DNA of 64,000 bases from a candidate division WOR-3 bacterium (GTDB lineage Bacteria; Hydrothermota; Hydrothermia; JBDRYB01), in assembly GCA_049969615.1 (NCBI GenBank), contig JBMFOM010000001.1, positions 47,199 through 111,198 of the forward strand. Direction: 5' to 3'. The notes under the pieces are model-generated. The model was not told where the DNA came from. It did not search any database and saw nothing but the letters and a program-made list of their open reading frames with translations. A program made the translations under genes and the position numbers. Shown one piece after another: positions 38,926 to 51,264 of the stretch (position 1 is its first letter; each line of letters opens with the position of its first letter).

Positions 38926-41214
38926 CTAATACCCTGGCCCGAACTGGATGTGCGGCACCCACCTGCCGCCATCGTTGTCAAAGCCATAACCGAGGTCTAA
39001 CCCTATGATGCCGAGGAGGGGAACCTCCACCCTAACTCCAACGCCAGCGCCCTTTTTGAGCTGGCCGAAATCAACCATGTTCAGCCGCCACCAGCTCTGG
39101 CCCGCGTCAAAGAAAGCCAGGACATACATCTGCTCGGATACTCTGAAGCGCTCCTCAAATGTCCCGATGAAAAAGTGCCTGCCGCCAATGACATTCCCGC
39201 CGGCCTCAACCCCGACAGACCTATATGAATAGCCCCTGAGGCCGTATGGGCCTATATCACCAAGGGCATAATACTCATAAAACGGGACATCCGTCCCCGT
39301 GGTTATCCCGAAAAGGCTACCCCATTTCAGGGAAACCACCGACACCAGCTTCTCAGATTTCAGGAAAGCCTTGTAGAACGAGGTATTTATGGTGTGCTCC
39401 GTGTAGCTAACATCGCCGCCAAGGGGCCCGCCGGTGAGGCCAAATGTGTAGCCGACGCTGTAGCCCCTGAAGGCATTGAATATCCTGTTCCGGCAGTCAT
39501 AGGTTATGCCGGTTGACATGGTTGAGGACACTAGCCTGTCCCTACCCTGCCAGAAATCATAGAGGGGGAAACCCTGGTAGGCAGAGGATATGTTATAGAC
39601 CTTGATCCATTCCAGCCTGTAGGAAAGGGAGATTCGCCAGAGGTCTGACCAGAGCCACTGGGAATAAGCCGCGTTCGCGCCCATGGAGTTCTGGTTATAC
39701 TGATACGGGTAATACCTGGTCAGGCTGTATATGGTTCCTCCGAGGGAACGGGGTTTGCCAAAGAGCCATGGTTCGGTGAAGCCAATTGAATAGTTCTGGC
39801 GCCTGGAACCCCAGTCAAGCATTAAGGAGACCTGCTGGCCCCTGCCGAGGAAGTTCGGCTCAGTGATGGAGGCGTTGAAGAACAAGCCTTCAATTCCGGA
39901 GTAGGAGGCGCCAGCGCCTATTTGACCGGTTGGCTTCTCTCTCACCGCGAATACCAGATCCACCCACTCCGAATCAGCGACCGGCCTGAACTGGAGGTCA
40001 ACCGACTCAAAATAGTTCAGATAGTACAAGTCACGAATAGATTTAACCGCCTTCTCCCTGTTAAAATATTCTCCGGGCATGAGGTCAAGCTCCCGCCTCA
40101 CGACATAATCGTATGTCCTGGTGTTTCCGGCTATTTCTATCTTGCGAACCTTTACCTTCCAGTTTTCCTTGATCAGGAATTTCACATCAACAAAACTATC
40201 AGCCGAATATTCCTCCGGTATGACCTGCGCGTAAATGTATCCGGAATCGGCGTAGATGCCAGCGATGTTAGCCACTGCCATGTCCAGCCTTGATTTGTTA
40301 TAGTCCTTATTGGAATATGGCGTTCTCCACAACAGGTTGTATTTGAGCCTCTCAGCCCACCCCCTGTTCCTCGTGAGGCCCGCGACCCTCGCCAACAGGG
40401 AGTCCGAGAACACCGTGTTGCCCTCAAAGCTCAGGTTCCCGAACCGGGATCGCGGGCCCTCGTTGACATATACAACGAGTTTCATCAGACCCTCCTTCAT
40501 GTATTCCGTTCTGAACGAATCTACCCTTGCCCTTGGGTAGCCGTGGTCCTTGTAGAACTTCTCCAGGTTCGCCATATCCTCATACCACTTGTCCTCGTTG
40601 AACTTGCCCTGCCGGAACATCCTCCGCCACCAGTTCTGTTCCTTGTTCTGGAAGTGCCCCGCGAGCTGGTGATCCGAGAATGCCTTGTTTCCCTCTATCT
40701 CTATCTTTCCTATCTTATATTTCTCGCCCTCGTCAACGATTATCCGCACTTTGACCTCGCCATTTTCGTCCGGCTCAAGGACCTGGAGCTCAACCTTTGC
40801 CTTCAGGTAGCCCTTTTCCTGATATATCCTCTCTACGGTTGTCTTTATCGCGAAGAGCCTGTATCTGGTCGCGCCCCTGGTCTTGTGGACCTTGAGGCTG
40901 TCTTCCAACTGCTTGGTCTTCACCTTGCGGACGAACTTGAACTCCCAACCGGATATTCTGGGGGCCTGATCCAGCTCCAGCCTCAGGTTGATCTGTCCCT
41001 GCCCGATAACCGTCCCGTATATCCTGACATCATCATACAGGCCAGTTGAGAACATCCTCTGGACCGCGCTGTCAATGTCGTCGTAGCGGATCTGGTCTCC
41101 AACCTTTATCTTGAGCTGGGTCATGACATCGGTCTCGGAAAGACCGTATTTCAGCACCGGCAGGTCTATCTTGGTGACCGTATAGACTTGCGCCATTATA
41201 GCTAGGACTATCAA
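38926..41214 (-). CDS. bamA: Outer membrane protein assembly factor BamA
   Basis: POTRA repeats (GNTRTYDYVVRRE), beta-barrel with LRGY and C-terminal HIQFGPGY. Confidence 0.92.
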   Translation of the reverse strand: MIVLAIMAQVYTVTKIDLPVLKYGLSETDVMTQLKIKVGDQIRYDDIDSAVQRMFSTGLYDDVRIYGTVIGQGQINLRLELDQAPRISGWEFKFVRKVKTKQLEDSLKVHKTRGATRYRLFAIKTTVERIYQEKGYLKAKVELQVLEPDENGEVKVRIIVDEGEKYKIGKIEIEGNKAFSDHQLAGHFQNKEQNWWRRMFRQGKFNEDKWYEDMANLEKFYKDHGYPRARVDSFRTEYMKEGLMKLVVYVNEGPRSRFGNLSFEGNTVFSDSLLARVAGLTRNRGWAERLKYNLLWRTPYSNKDYNKSRLDMAVANIAGIYADSGYIYAQVIPEEYSADSFVDVKFLIKENWKVKVRKIEIAGNTRTYDYVVRRELDLMPGEYFNREKAVKSIRDLYYLNYFESVDLQFRPVADSEWVDLVFAVREKPTGQIGAGASYSGIEGLFFNASITEPNFLGRGQQVSLMLDWGSRRQNYSIGFTEPWLFGKPRSLGGTIYSLTRYYPYQYNQNSMGANAAYSQWLWSDLWRISLSYRLEWIKVYNISSAYQGFPLYDFWQGRDRLVSSTMSTGITYDCRNRIFNAFRGYSVGYTFGLTGGPLGGDVSYTEHTINTSFYKAFLKSEKLVSVVSLKWGSLFGITTGTDVPFYEYYALGDIGPYGLRGYSYRSVGVEAGGNVIGGRHFFIGTFEERFRVSEQMYVLAFFDAGQSWWRLNMVDFGQLKKGAGVGVRVEVPLLGIIGLDLGYGFDNDGGRWVPHIQFGPGY

Positions 41215-41481
41215 AACAATCCTCCTTTACGAGCCTCGCCCTTTTTTGCGGGAGCGGGGCAAATCTCATTCCTTAACTGCTCCAGGCACAAATTCTAAAG
41301 CTCGCGTGGGTACGGACGCACCATTTGATTCTCCCCGGATGCGCAAATACATGATTCTGCGCAGGAAATAGGCTACAATTGCCTCCCTCATGATCACCAC
41401 CCTGCGCGAGACCTTGCATGACTATGCGACTTGCTTTATAATCTTCTACCTTAACGATGAACTTTAGGAGGAACTGAAAAG

Positions 41482-41700
41482 ATGCCTAAGATGAAAGTAT
41501 GGATAGACAGGGATCTTTGCACGGGTGACGCGATATGCGCGGACGAGGTCCCTGATGTCTTTGAGATGGACGACGAAGGGCTGGCCTTTGTTAAGCCGGG
41601 CATGGAAATGCTCACGGACGACAACCTGATCTCCGAGGCAAAACGTATGGCTGACGAGTGCCCGGGTGCCTGCATCTTCGTGGAAGAAGTTGAGGAATAA
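41482..41700 (+). CDS. Monocluster ferredoxin
   Basis: CTGDAIC...CP; SD AGGAGG; TTGCAT-17-TATAAT promoter at 41414-41442. Confidence 0.9.
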   Translation: MPKMKVWIDRDLCTGDAICADEVPDVFEMDDEGLAFVKPGMEMLTDDNLISEAKRMADECPGACIFVEEVEE

Positions 41701-41731
41701 CACCGTCCCCCACACCCACCACCCCCTCCTG

Positions 41732-41768
41732 CCCCAGGGAGCCCCAGCGGCTCCCTGGGGTTTATTAT
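41732..41768 (+). terminator. Intrinsic terminator
   Basis: 12-bp stem CCCCAGGGAGCC / GGCTCCCTGGGG followed by TTTATTAT. Confidence 0.85.
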
Positions 41769-41951
41769 CTGGCCCGTCGGGCTAAAGCCCGACCTGGGAA
41801 CGAGGGAATTTTAGGGGCCAGTTCAGTATTGTTTTCCCAGCGCAGGCTTTAGCCTGCGGCCGGCCCGTGGCGCAGGGTTTGGCCTTGCCAAAGTCAACAA
41901 AAATGCGGCCAAGCAGACAGGACAATAAAAACAATGATTGCACCCCATAGC

Positions 41952-41974
41952 AGAACCCTGTTCCCTTGGGCAAA
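41952..41974 (-). repeat. Short fragment of repeat family A
   Basis: Reverse complement tttgcccaagggaacagggttct vs tttgtccaagagaacagggttct. Confidence 0.6.
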
Positions 41975-42049
41975 TGGGTTGAGAAAGCGTGAGAGCTCAG
42001 AGAGGCTCAGGTATTTGATCCTCAGCGGGCCGTGGGCTATAATTTCGGG

Positions 42050-42952
42050 ATGTTATGGCTTTTGTTTTGCCTCTGTCCCCAGGAAAAGGATTCCCTTACC
42101 CTGCGCCTTGATTCCCTCTTCGCCAGGGCATCCCGATGGGAGGTTGGCACAGACGCGGACACCGCGCGCGCGGCCAGAGACACCCTGATCAAGATGAGGG
42201 ATGTGACCCTTGATTATATCTTCCAATACAAGATGAACACCGGAGAGAGCCTGGAACTCCGGGCCATGGAAGTCATATTCAAGGGCCTCGCGATTGAGGC
42301 ACGCCCAAGGCTCCTTTCTGTTCTCACGCACGAAAACGACACCGTTCGTTCAAACGCCATATATCTCGTCGGACAGATAAAGGACACAATGCTAGCGGAT
42401 ACCATAGCCTCGTTGCTCAAGACCGAAAAGAAGCCCGGGGTCAAAAGGAGGGCAATCTACACCCTGGGCGAGCTTGGCCTCGCAAGGAGCGCGGATGCCA
42501 TAAAGCCCTATCTGTCCGATACCTCTGAACGCATGCGCCTAGCCGCGGTCATTGCCCTTGGAAAGATAAAGTCTGATCCGGCAATCCTCTGTGGGATGCT
42601 CACGGACAAAAGCCTCCTGGTCCGAGAGGCCGCGGAGACAGGGCTTGAGGCTTCCGGTAGCACAGGCCTGCTTCTTGAACGGCTCGGAAAATCCTCCGGC
42701 CGAGAGAGGGCGAACTACCTGAAGGCCATGGGCCTGGTCTTCAGGAAATCAAGGCCAGATGAGAACGAATCCGCCCGGGCGCGCAGAGCCATCTTTCCCC
42801 TGCTTGACAGCCCACTGCCAACCGAGAGGGCATGGGCCGCTTGGGCACTTGCGCCAATTGCTGATGAAGGAACCAGAACGAAGTTCGCTCTCATGAACCA
42901 GACCGAAGCAGATCCTTTCGTATTGTGGTGTCTGGAGGAGGCACTAAAATGA
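42050..42952 (+). CDS. Exported HEAT-repeat protein
   Basis: Signal-like N-terminus; VRSNAIYLVGQI, VKRRAIYTLGEL and MRLAAVIALGKI repeats. Confidence 0.82.
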   Translation: MLWLLFCLCPQEKDSLTLRLDSLFARASRWEVGTDADTARAARDTLIKMRDVTLDYIFQYKMNTGESLELRAMEVIFKGLAIEARPRLLSVLTHENDTVRSNAIYLVGQIKDTMLADTIASLLKTEKKPGVKRRAIYTLGELGLARSADAIKPYLSDTSERMRLAAVIALGKIKSDPAILCGMLTDKSLLVREAAETGLEASGSTGLLLERLGKSSGRERANYLKAMGLVFRKSRPDENESARARRAIFPLLDSPLPTERAWAAWALAPIADEGTRTKFALMNQTEADPFVLWCLEEALK

Positions 42953-42953
42953 A

Positions 42954-43865
42954 GTGACCAAGGAGCTCTTTGACGAGATAGCAAGGCTCCGGACCGAGAT
43001 GGATAATCCGGCATCGCGCGACCTTGACACAAGGCCTCTAGAGGATGTCCTCAGGATAATAAACGCCGAGGACACGAGGGTTGCCGAGGTCGTCAGTCGC
43101 GCAATCCCCGATATAGCGCGGGTCATCCGGATGTGCGTGGAAAGCATCCGGGCCGGGGGTAGGGTTATTTATATTGGCGCGGGGACATCGGGCAGGCTTG
43201 GAATTCTTGACGCCGCGGAGACATGGCCCACTTTTTCTGTCCCGGTCGGCACCTTCATCGGCCTAATTGCCGGAGGCCCGGACGCGGTCTTCAGGGCAAA
43301 GGAATTCTCGGAGGATAATCCACAGGAGGCGATAACCCAACTTGATGGGATCGGCCTGTCAGCCGGGGATATAGTTATAGGCCTCTCCGCATCCGGCAGA
43401 ACCCCCTATGTTTTTTCAGGCCTTGAGCACGCAAGGGCCACTGGGTGTTCAACCGCGCTCATCACCTCAAACCCTTCCGGATCATGGCCCGGCTTCATTG
43501 ATGCAATCATCTGTCTTGATGTCGGGCCTGAGGTCATAGCCGGTTCAACCAGGATGAAGTCCGCGCTCGCGGAGATGATGGCCCTCCACATGATCTCAAC
43601 CGGCGCTATGGTCATGACAGGCCGGGTCTATGGTAACCTGATGGTTGATGTTCACGCTACCACAGCAAAGACAACAGAAAGGGCAAAGAGAATAATAATG
43701 TTGCTGACCGGCTCGGATTACGAGGAAGCCACGAGGCTCCTGCTGGAGGCTGGCGGCTCAGCCAAGGCGGCTGTTTTGATGAAGAGAATGGGAATGAGCC
43801 TTGAAGAGGCCAAAAAGGCCCTGGAGGATGCGGGAGGGTTTCTGAGGGTTGCCCTCGGCGAGTGA
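42954..43865 (+). CDS. murQ: N-acetylmuramic acid 6-phosphate etherase
   Basis: GAGTSGRLG, SASGRTPYV, GPEVIAGSTRMKS and GNLMVDV. Confidence 0.95.
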   Translation: MTKELFDEIARLRTEMDNPASRDLDTRPLEDVLRIINAEDTRVAEVVSRAIPDIARVIRMCVESIRAGGRVIYIGAGTSGRLGILDAAETWPTFSVPVGTFIGLIAGGPDAVFRAKEFSEDNPQEAITQLDGIGLSAGDIVIGLSASGRTPYVFSGLEHARATGCSTALITSNPSGSWPGFIDAIICLDVGPEVIAGSTRMKSALAEMMALHMISTGAMVMTGRVYGNLMVDVHATTAKTTERAKRIIMLLTGSDYEEATRLLLEAGGSAKAAVLMKRMGMSLEEAKKALEDAGGFLRVALGE

Positions 43866-43922
43866 GATCGCGTGTTGCATAAAAAAGGCCCCGCGGGCCC
43901 CTATATTTTTTCGCCTATCGCG

Positions 43923-44471
43923 CTATTTCTTGGCGCAACTGCAACAAAAACCGCCCTTAGCGGGCTGATACTCTGCTCTAGCGGTAAGGCCCTTGACCTG
44001 GAACTCATACATGGGCATTTCCCATGTGAGGGTATTGCCGCTCTTCTTTGTGGCGTTATGGGTGAGTATCTTGCCGGGCAGGGTAACTGTCAGCTTGAAG
44101 GTGTAGCCCTCAAAAGCGCCCTTGGTGGTTTCGCCTTCCTGGCCCGAACCCTCGCTCGTCATCTCAAAGACCCACTTGTCGCCCTCCTTGGTGACCAGGG
44201 GCTTCTGGCCCTCATTGGCCTTGGTGAAGTCATGGCCCTTCTTCTCTATGGTGAAATAGACGGTATCGCCCTTCTGTGTGCGCTTAGCTTCTGTCCCTAT
44301 CTCCTTGGCGAGGGAGTCGGCCATGCCTCCGAAGAATGGCTCGTTCTCCTTCAGGCCATACAGGACCATGGTCTGGGTGCCTTTGCCGTCAGGGCCTATC
44401 TCAGATTTGATCTCTATGCTGAAGCAACCGATGGCTACAGCAACTACTGCAAGTATAGCTATTCTTTTCAA
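43923..44471 (-). CDS. LppM-like lipoprotein with Cys-rich C-terminus
   Basis: Lipobox AIGC; LPGKILTHNA...GNTLTW; ends GGFCCSCAKK; TTG start after SD GAGGAGG. Confidence 0.7.
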   Translation of the reverse strand: MKRIAILAVVAVAIGCFSIEIKSEIGPDGKGTQTMVLYGLKENEPFFGGMADSLAKEIGTEAKRTQKGDTVYFTIEKKGHDFTKANEGQKPLVTKEGDKWVFEMTSEGSGQEGETTKGAFEGYTFKLTVTLPGKILTHNATKKSGNTLTWEMPMYEFQVKGLTARAEYQPAKGGFCCSCAKK

Positions 44472-44524
44472 AATAACCTCCTCTATGTTACAAGTAAAAT
44501 TATAACATAGTTTTCCGCGCGGGA

Positions 44525-46902
<2,378 letters not shown>

Positions 46903-46944
46903 TGGCCCAAAGTATATTGGAGAAGTTTTGGCTGGTTCAAGCTC

Positions 46945-47132
46945 AAGACCCCTGATAAAGTAGCAATAACCTACTGGTTTGGGGGAGGAACACTTTGCCA
47001 AAGAGAACAGGGTTCTAAGGGGGGCCACCTGAAAAATCCCGTCCCGAAGGTATTTCCTCATGGTTCCATTCTAGCTATGGTGAGGCTCCCGGATGGGGAC
47101 AAAGGACAAACCGGGATTTTTCAAGGGTTTCA
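46945..47132 (+). mobile_element. Full-length copy of MITE-like element, family A
   Basis: Co-linear with 10653-10838; CCTGAAAAATCCCG ... CGGGATTTTTCAAGG. Confidence 0.75.
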
Positions 47133-47233
47133 TATGGGGGTTTTCCCGGGCAAGGACCCTGTTCAAGATGGAATAAATCCATCCCGGAGCTCCATAATTC
47201 CTATTAGAGAACGTCCGTGTCAGAAAGTTCAAA

Positions 47234-47692
47234 ATGAGAACAGAAATGAAAGGTATCCTTGAAGTTATACGCGTGGAGGCAAAAACCATTCTGGCCACGG
47301 TGGCGGGTGTCTTCGGAATCCTCTCGTGGATCGTGGTCCTTTTTCAGTATCACCAGATCAACATGCGTCTGACCAGAATGGAAGCGCGCGTTGACAGCCT
47401 CAACATTCAACTGGGTAGCCTCGCAGACCGGCCTGCCCAAACCACGATTTGGGGCCTCACTGAAGGATTTGAAGAAACCGGAGCGCCGGATAAAAGCCCT
47501 GTCTCGGAGGGGAATATTGTGGCCAGCACTGCTGAGCCGGGTTCCTATTGCGCTTCAAGGAATTCCAATGTATTTCACTATCCCTCTTGTGAGATGGTTC
47601 AGAAGATAGACCCAAGGAACCTTATCTGGTTCAAGACAAGAGATGAGGCAATAAGAACCGGAAAGAGACCGTGCAGGGTTTGCAGGCCCTGA
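47234..47692 (+). CDS. Membrane-anchored protein with Ada-type metal-binding domain
   Basis: TM helix; ASRNSNVFHYPSC...F.TRDEAIRTGKRPCRVCRP. Confidence 0.85.
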   Translation: MRTEMKGILEVIRVEAKTILATVAGVFGILSWIVVLFQYHQINMRLTRMEARVDSLNIQLGSLADRPAQTTIWGLTEGFEETGAPDKSPVSEGNIVASTAEPGSYCASRNSNVFHYPSCEMVQKIDPRNLIWFKTRDEAIRTGKRPCRVCRP

Positions 47693-47788
47693 ACCCCTAC
47701 CCTTGTGCTGTTGGAGACAATTCTGCGGACTCAGATCAGAGGCACGACTGCTTGAATTACTCCGGACCTTGTGCCATAATTTGAGGCT

Positions 47789-48505
47789 ATGAAAAGGTTC
47801 GCCTTTGCAATAGTGTTAACGTTTCTTCTCGTCTCGTGCGAGAAGGCTATAGAGAAGATACCGAGGACCACGGTTGTTGTCTCGGTTGGCTCAGCTGGAC
47901 CCGCGCTGAACGCCTTGCTCCAACTCCTGCCTAGTGGCTTCCAGTTCAATCCACCCGCCGATTGGGATACCCTAAGCCTTGAAACAGCAATGGCTGGTGT
48001 CCTCGTTGACGGTGTCCCGTGCGACTCCGCGACCGTGAATGTCTCTGGAACCATCCTGCCCTATGATTCAACCACAGGCCTCTATGTGCCCATAGATACC
48101 TCAGGGTTCCCCATATTCCTGCAGTTGGGACCGGGCGACCCTGTGACCATCTATTCTCCGTATGACACCATCAACGGTGTCATCCCCCAGTGTCCGGAAA
48201 TAGTCAATCTCGTTGTTCCGGACTCCCATCAGGTCAATACCGCCCTGGCAGTGAGCTGGTCATACAGTGCTGGGAACCCGGATTCCGTGATGATCAGCTT
48301 CAAAATACACGGAAGAAATACCTACACCAAGATCATTGGGGGACAGAATACCTCCTATGTGATACCATCAGACAAGATAGACACAACTGGCCTGGCATCA
48401 GTATCAGTTTCTTCGCTGGTTCTGGAGACCGCTCTGGATGGCGCCACACCCGGCAGTTTCATCCTCTACAACAAGTCCGACTTCGCGCCGGTGCTGATAT
48501 ATTAG
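47789..48505 (+). CDS. Hypothetical lipoprotein
   Basis: Lipobox LVSC; beta-rich body. Confidence 0.7.
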   Translation: MKRFAFAIVLTFLLVSCEKAIEKIPRTTVVVSVGSAGPALNALLQLLPSGFQFNPPADWDTLSLETAMAGVLVDGVPCDSATVNVSGTILPYDSTTGLYVPIDTSGFPIFLQLGPGDPVTIYSPYDTINGVIPQCPEIVNLVVPDSHQVNTALAVSWSYSAGNPDSVMISFKIHGRNTYTKIIGGQNTSYVIPSDKIDTTGLASVSVSSLVLETALDGATPGSFILYNKSDFAPVLIY

Positions 48506-48556
48506 CTGCCAGCTGTTGATTCTGATTTGGGCTGAGAAGAAATACCTGATAACCAA

Positions 48557-49978
48557 ATGAGAGAAGACGAAGGCCCTGTAATAGGCCTTGAGATACATAT
48601 CCAGCTCGCCACCAGGAGCAAGCTTTTTTGTTCCTGCCCGATTGATCCCGGAGCTGAACCGAATACGCTTACCTGTCCGGTATGCCTCGGCCATCCAGGC
48701 TCTCTACCAGTAATGAACCGAGAGGCCCTGAAGGCCGGGGTCATGCTTGGACTTGCCCTCCGCGCGAACATAAGGCCGAAAACAACCTTTTATCGGAAAA
48801 ACTACTTTTATCCTGACTTGGCCAAGGGATACCAGATAACCCAGCACACCTCGCAAATAGCCTATGGCGGCCGGCTTGAGTTCTTCTGTGAAGGAGAGAA
48901 ATCAGCGAGGATAACCGGCATAGCCATAGAGGAGGAGGCCGCGAGGACCGTTTATACCGAGGATGGACACGTGCTCCTTGATTTCAACAGGTCAGGAATC
49001 CCTCTCCTGGAGGTGATAACCGAACCCGACCTACGGAGCGCGTCCGAAGCCAGGGCTTTCCTTGAAGCGCTCAGGCTAATAGTTCGCTACCTCGGCATAT
49101 CAGAAGGGGATATGGAGCGCGGCCAGATGAGGGTTGACACGAATGTCTCGTATGTGCTTGAGGGAATCCAGGGCAACAGGGTTGAGATGAAGAACATAAA
49201 CACCTTCAAGGCCGTCCAGGACGCCATTGTTTATGAAGCAGAGAGACAGAGGAAACTCCTGGCCGAGGGAAAATCCGTTGCAAGGGAAACCAGGGCCTGG
49301 GATGAATACCTTGGTGAAAGCGTTCCCATGAGGCTAAAGGAACTCGCCTCAGACTACAGGTTCTTCCCTGAGCCTGACCTTCGGCCCATGGTTCTTGATG
49401 ATGTGCTTCTCGCGGAGGCCAGGGCCTCGCTTCCGGAGCTCCCGGAGTCGCGGTATCGCAGATATACCGAGGAGTATGGCCTAACTGACCAGACTGCCAG
49501 GGCCCTCATCTCCATGAGGGAGCTTTCGGATTACTTTGATGCTCTGGCCAGCCGGGTCAGGGACAAAAAGAGGGCGGGCAATTTCGTGGCCGTGGAACTG
49601 GTCGGAGCCATGAGGGCAAGGGGCGAATCCATGAAGGATTTTCCCGTTAGGGCGGACGATCTGGCTGATCTTCTTTTGTCGGTTGATGATGGTCGGCTTT
49701 CCCTCTCATCAGCGAAAATAGCCTTCGCTAGGGCCGTGGAGACGGGGAAAAGTCCAGTTGAAATAGCAACACAGGACGGGCTTTTCTCCGGTTCGGCCGA
49801 GGATGAGCTCCTCGCATGGGTTGACGAGGTAATAGCATCTCATCCCAATGAGGTTGAGAAATTCCGAGCGGGCAAGGAGGGGGTCATCGGTTTTCTTGTG
49901 GGCCAGGTGATGAAGCGATCCGGCGGCAGGGCTGATCCGAAACGCGTGAAGGAGATTATCATTGAGAGAATTGGCTAA
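48557..49978 (+). CDS. gatB: Asp-tRNA(Asn)/Glu-tRNA(Gln) amidotransferase subunit B
   Basis: IGLEIHIQL, RKNYFYPDL.KGYQITQ, DYRFFPEPDL and GQVMK. Confidence 0.96.
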   Translation: MREDEGPVIGLEIHIQLATRSKLFCSCPIDPGAEPNTLTCPVCLGHPGSLPVMNREALKAGVMLGLALRANIRPKTTFYRKNYFYPDLAKGYQITQHTSQIAYGGRLEFFCEGEKSARITGIAIEEEAARTVYTEDGHVLLDFNRSGIPLLEVITEPDLRSASEARAFLEALRLIVRYLGISEGDMERGQMRVDTNVSYVLEGIQGNRVEMKNINTFKAVQDAIVYEAERQRKLLAEGKSVARETRAWDEYLGESVPMRLKELASDYRFFPEPDLRPMVLDDVLLAEARASLPELPESRYRRYTEEYGLTDQTARALISMRELSDYFDALASRVRDKKRAGNFVAVELVGAMRARGESMKDFPVRADDLADLLLSVDDGRLSLSSAKIAFARAVETGKSPVEIATQDGLFSGSAEDELLAWVDEVIASHPNEVEKFRAGKEGVIGFLVGQVMKRSGGRADPKRVKEIIIERIG

Positions 49979-50017
49979 TGGAACCCCCTGAAAAATCCCG
50001 GTTTGTCCTATGTCCCC
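49979..50017 (-). repeat. Terminal fragment of repeat family A
   Basis: ggaaccccctgaaaaatcccggtttgtcctatgtcccc is the reverse complement of the element's right end. Confidence 0.85.
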
Positions 50018-51132
50018 GTGTAGATCTCGTTCCTGGTTGACCTTGCTTTGACCCTCTTCGGGATCTTCAATCTCTGATAAAGCCTGAGCTTCTTTTTGAG
50101 TGATAATCCATTCACCTCTGCCAGGTGTTCCGGAGTGGTGCCATAGCGTTTTGCCAATTTCCAGAGGTTGTCGCCGCGCTGGGCCTTGTAGCTTATCCAA
50201 ATGGTGACATCCTTCGGTTCAACTTGTTTTAAGAGGGAATCAAGGCCCTTACCCCTGCCAGGCGGCACACGGAGCGGCCAGAGGGTATCTGGAGGAGTGA
50301 GGCCAACAGCCAACTCTGGGTTCCTCAGAGAAATTGAATCCAGCGGAAGGCCTAGTATTTCCGCGACCAGCGCGAGGTCAGTGGGATAATCAATGAGAAC
50401 CGTGTCCGATGCCAGGGGATACAAAAGAGTGTCCATAAGGTTAACGCCGAACTCCCCCGCTCGCTCAACCGCGGCCAGTGCCGTATAGAACAGGGGAACA
50501 TATCTTTTTGTCTCCCTCGGAAAATACCCCTGGGCGTCCCAGAAATCCCAAACATTCCCCTTTTCCACCCACATATCCTTTACCCTCCTGGGCACCCGCC
50601 TCCGCTTTTTCTTTGGGCTAACGGATGCCTGATACATGGCCCACCAGACCCTGGCACTGCCAGAGTTATACGCGGCCAAGGCAAGGTTCCAGTCTCCGAA
50701 AATGGCATAGAGACTCCGCAGGTGCCTGATCGCGGCATCGGTCGACTTCAGAGGGTCTAACCTTTCGTCAACCCACATATCCACCACAAGGCCCTCTGCC
50801 CTAGCGGTGGAGGGAATGAATTGCCATATTCCCAGAGCGCTCCTGGGGGAAAGCGCCCCTGGCTCAAAAGCGCTTTCTATTATAGGGAGCCATGTTAATT
50901 CCTGAGGAAGCCCGGCTTCCCTGACCTTCCTGGAGACCATTGGCCAATAGAGTCGGGAATTATCCAATGCCCTGCGCCAGTAGCCCGACCTCCAGGCAAG
51001 TTCCCGTTCTATAAACGCGTCAAGGTCAAAGGTGTCAGGCGCGGGGCCCATAAACAGCATGGGGTTACAGAGCTCGGATGGGTCCTGCACGAGACGAGGG
51101 CCCGACATAAAGAGGATAATAGCAATTGACAC
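50008..51132 (-). CDS. Lytic transglycosylase (MltD-like) with LysM domain
   Basis: IESAF, GIWQF, AAYNSG and ETKRYVP; C-terminal LysM GDNLWKLAKRYGTT. Confidence 0.92.
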   Translation of the reverse strand: MSIAIILFMSGPRLVQDPSELCNPMLFMGPAPDTFDLDAFIERELAWRSGYWRRALDNSRLYWPMVSRKVREAGLPQELTWLPIIESAFEPGALSPRSALGIWQFIPSTARAEGLVVDMWVDERLDPLKSTDAAIRHLRSLYAIFGDWNLALAAYNSGSARVWWAMYQASVSPKKKRRRVPRRVKDMWVEKGNVWDFWDAQGYFPRETKRYVPLFYTALAAVERAGEFGVNLMDTLLYPLASDTVLIDYPTDLALVAEILGLPLDSISLRNPELAVGLTPPDTLWPLRVPPGRGKGLDSLLKQVEPKDVTIWISYKAQRGDNLWKLAKRYGTTPEHLAEVNGLSLKKKLRLYQRLKIPKRVKARSTRNEIYTGT

Positions 51133-51151
51133 AACTATATTATAACCCATT

Positions 51152-51264
51152 TTGAGCCTGTCTCACAATACAATTTTGTGAGGCCTTCTGGTTCTAAAAG
51201 TGCGGCCTGGAGCGGATCTTGCATGAAACATCCTCTCAATAAACCTATTCTGGGACAGGCTCAA
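51152..51264. mobile_element. MITE-like element, family B (~113 bp)
   Basis: 14-bp terminal inverted repeats TTGAGCCTGTCTCA / TGGGACAGGCTCAA (1 mismatch), non-coding interior. Confidence 0.55.

Noticed and set aside
41215-41480. tRNA or ncRNA in the larger intergenic gaps (41215-41480, 41770-42030, 58404-58590, 59630-59787)
   Set aside because: No cloverleaf/T-loop or other recognisable RNA family signature by eye; an Infernal/Rfam scan would be needed to exclude one
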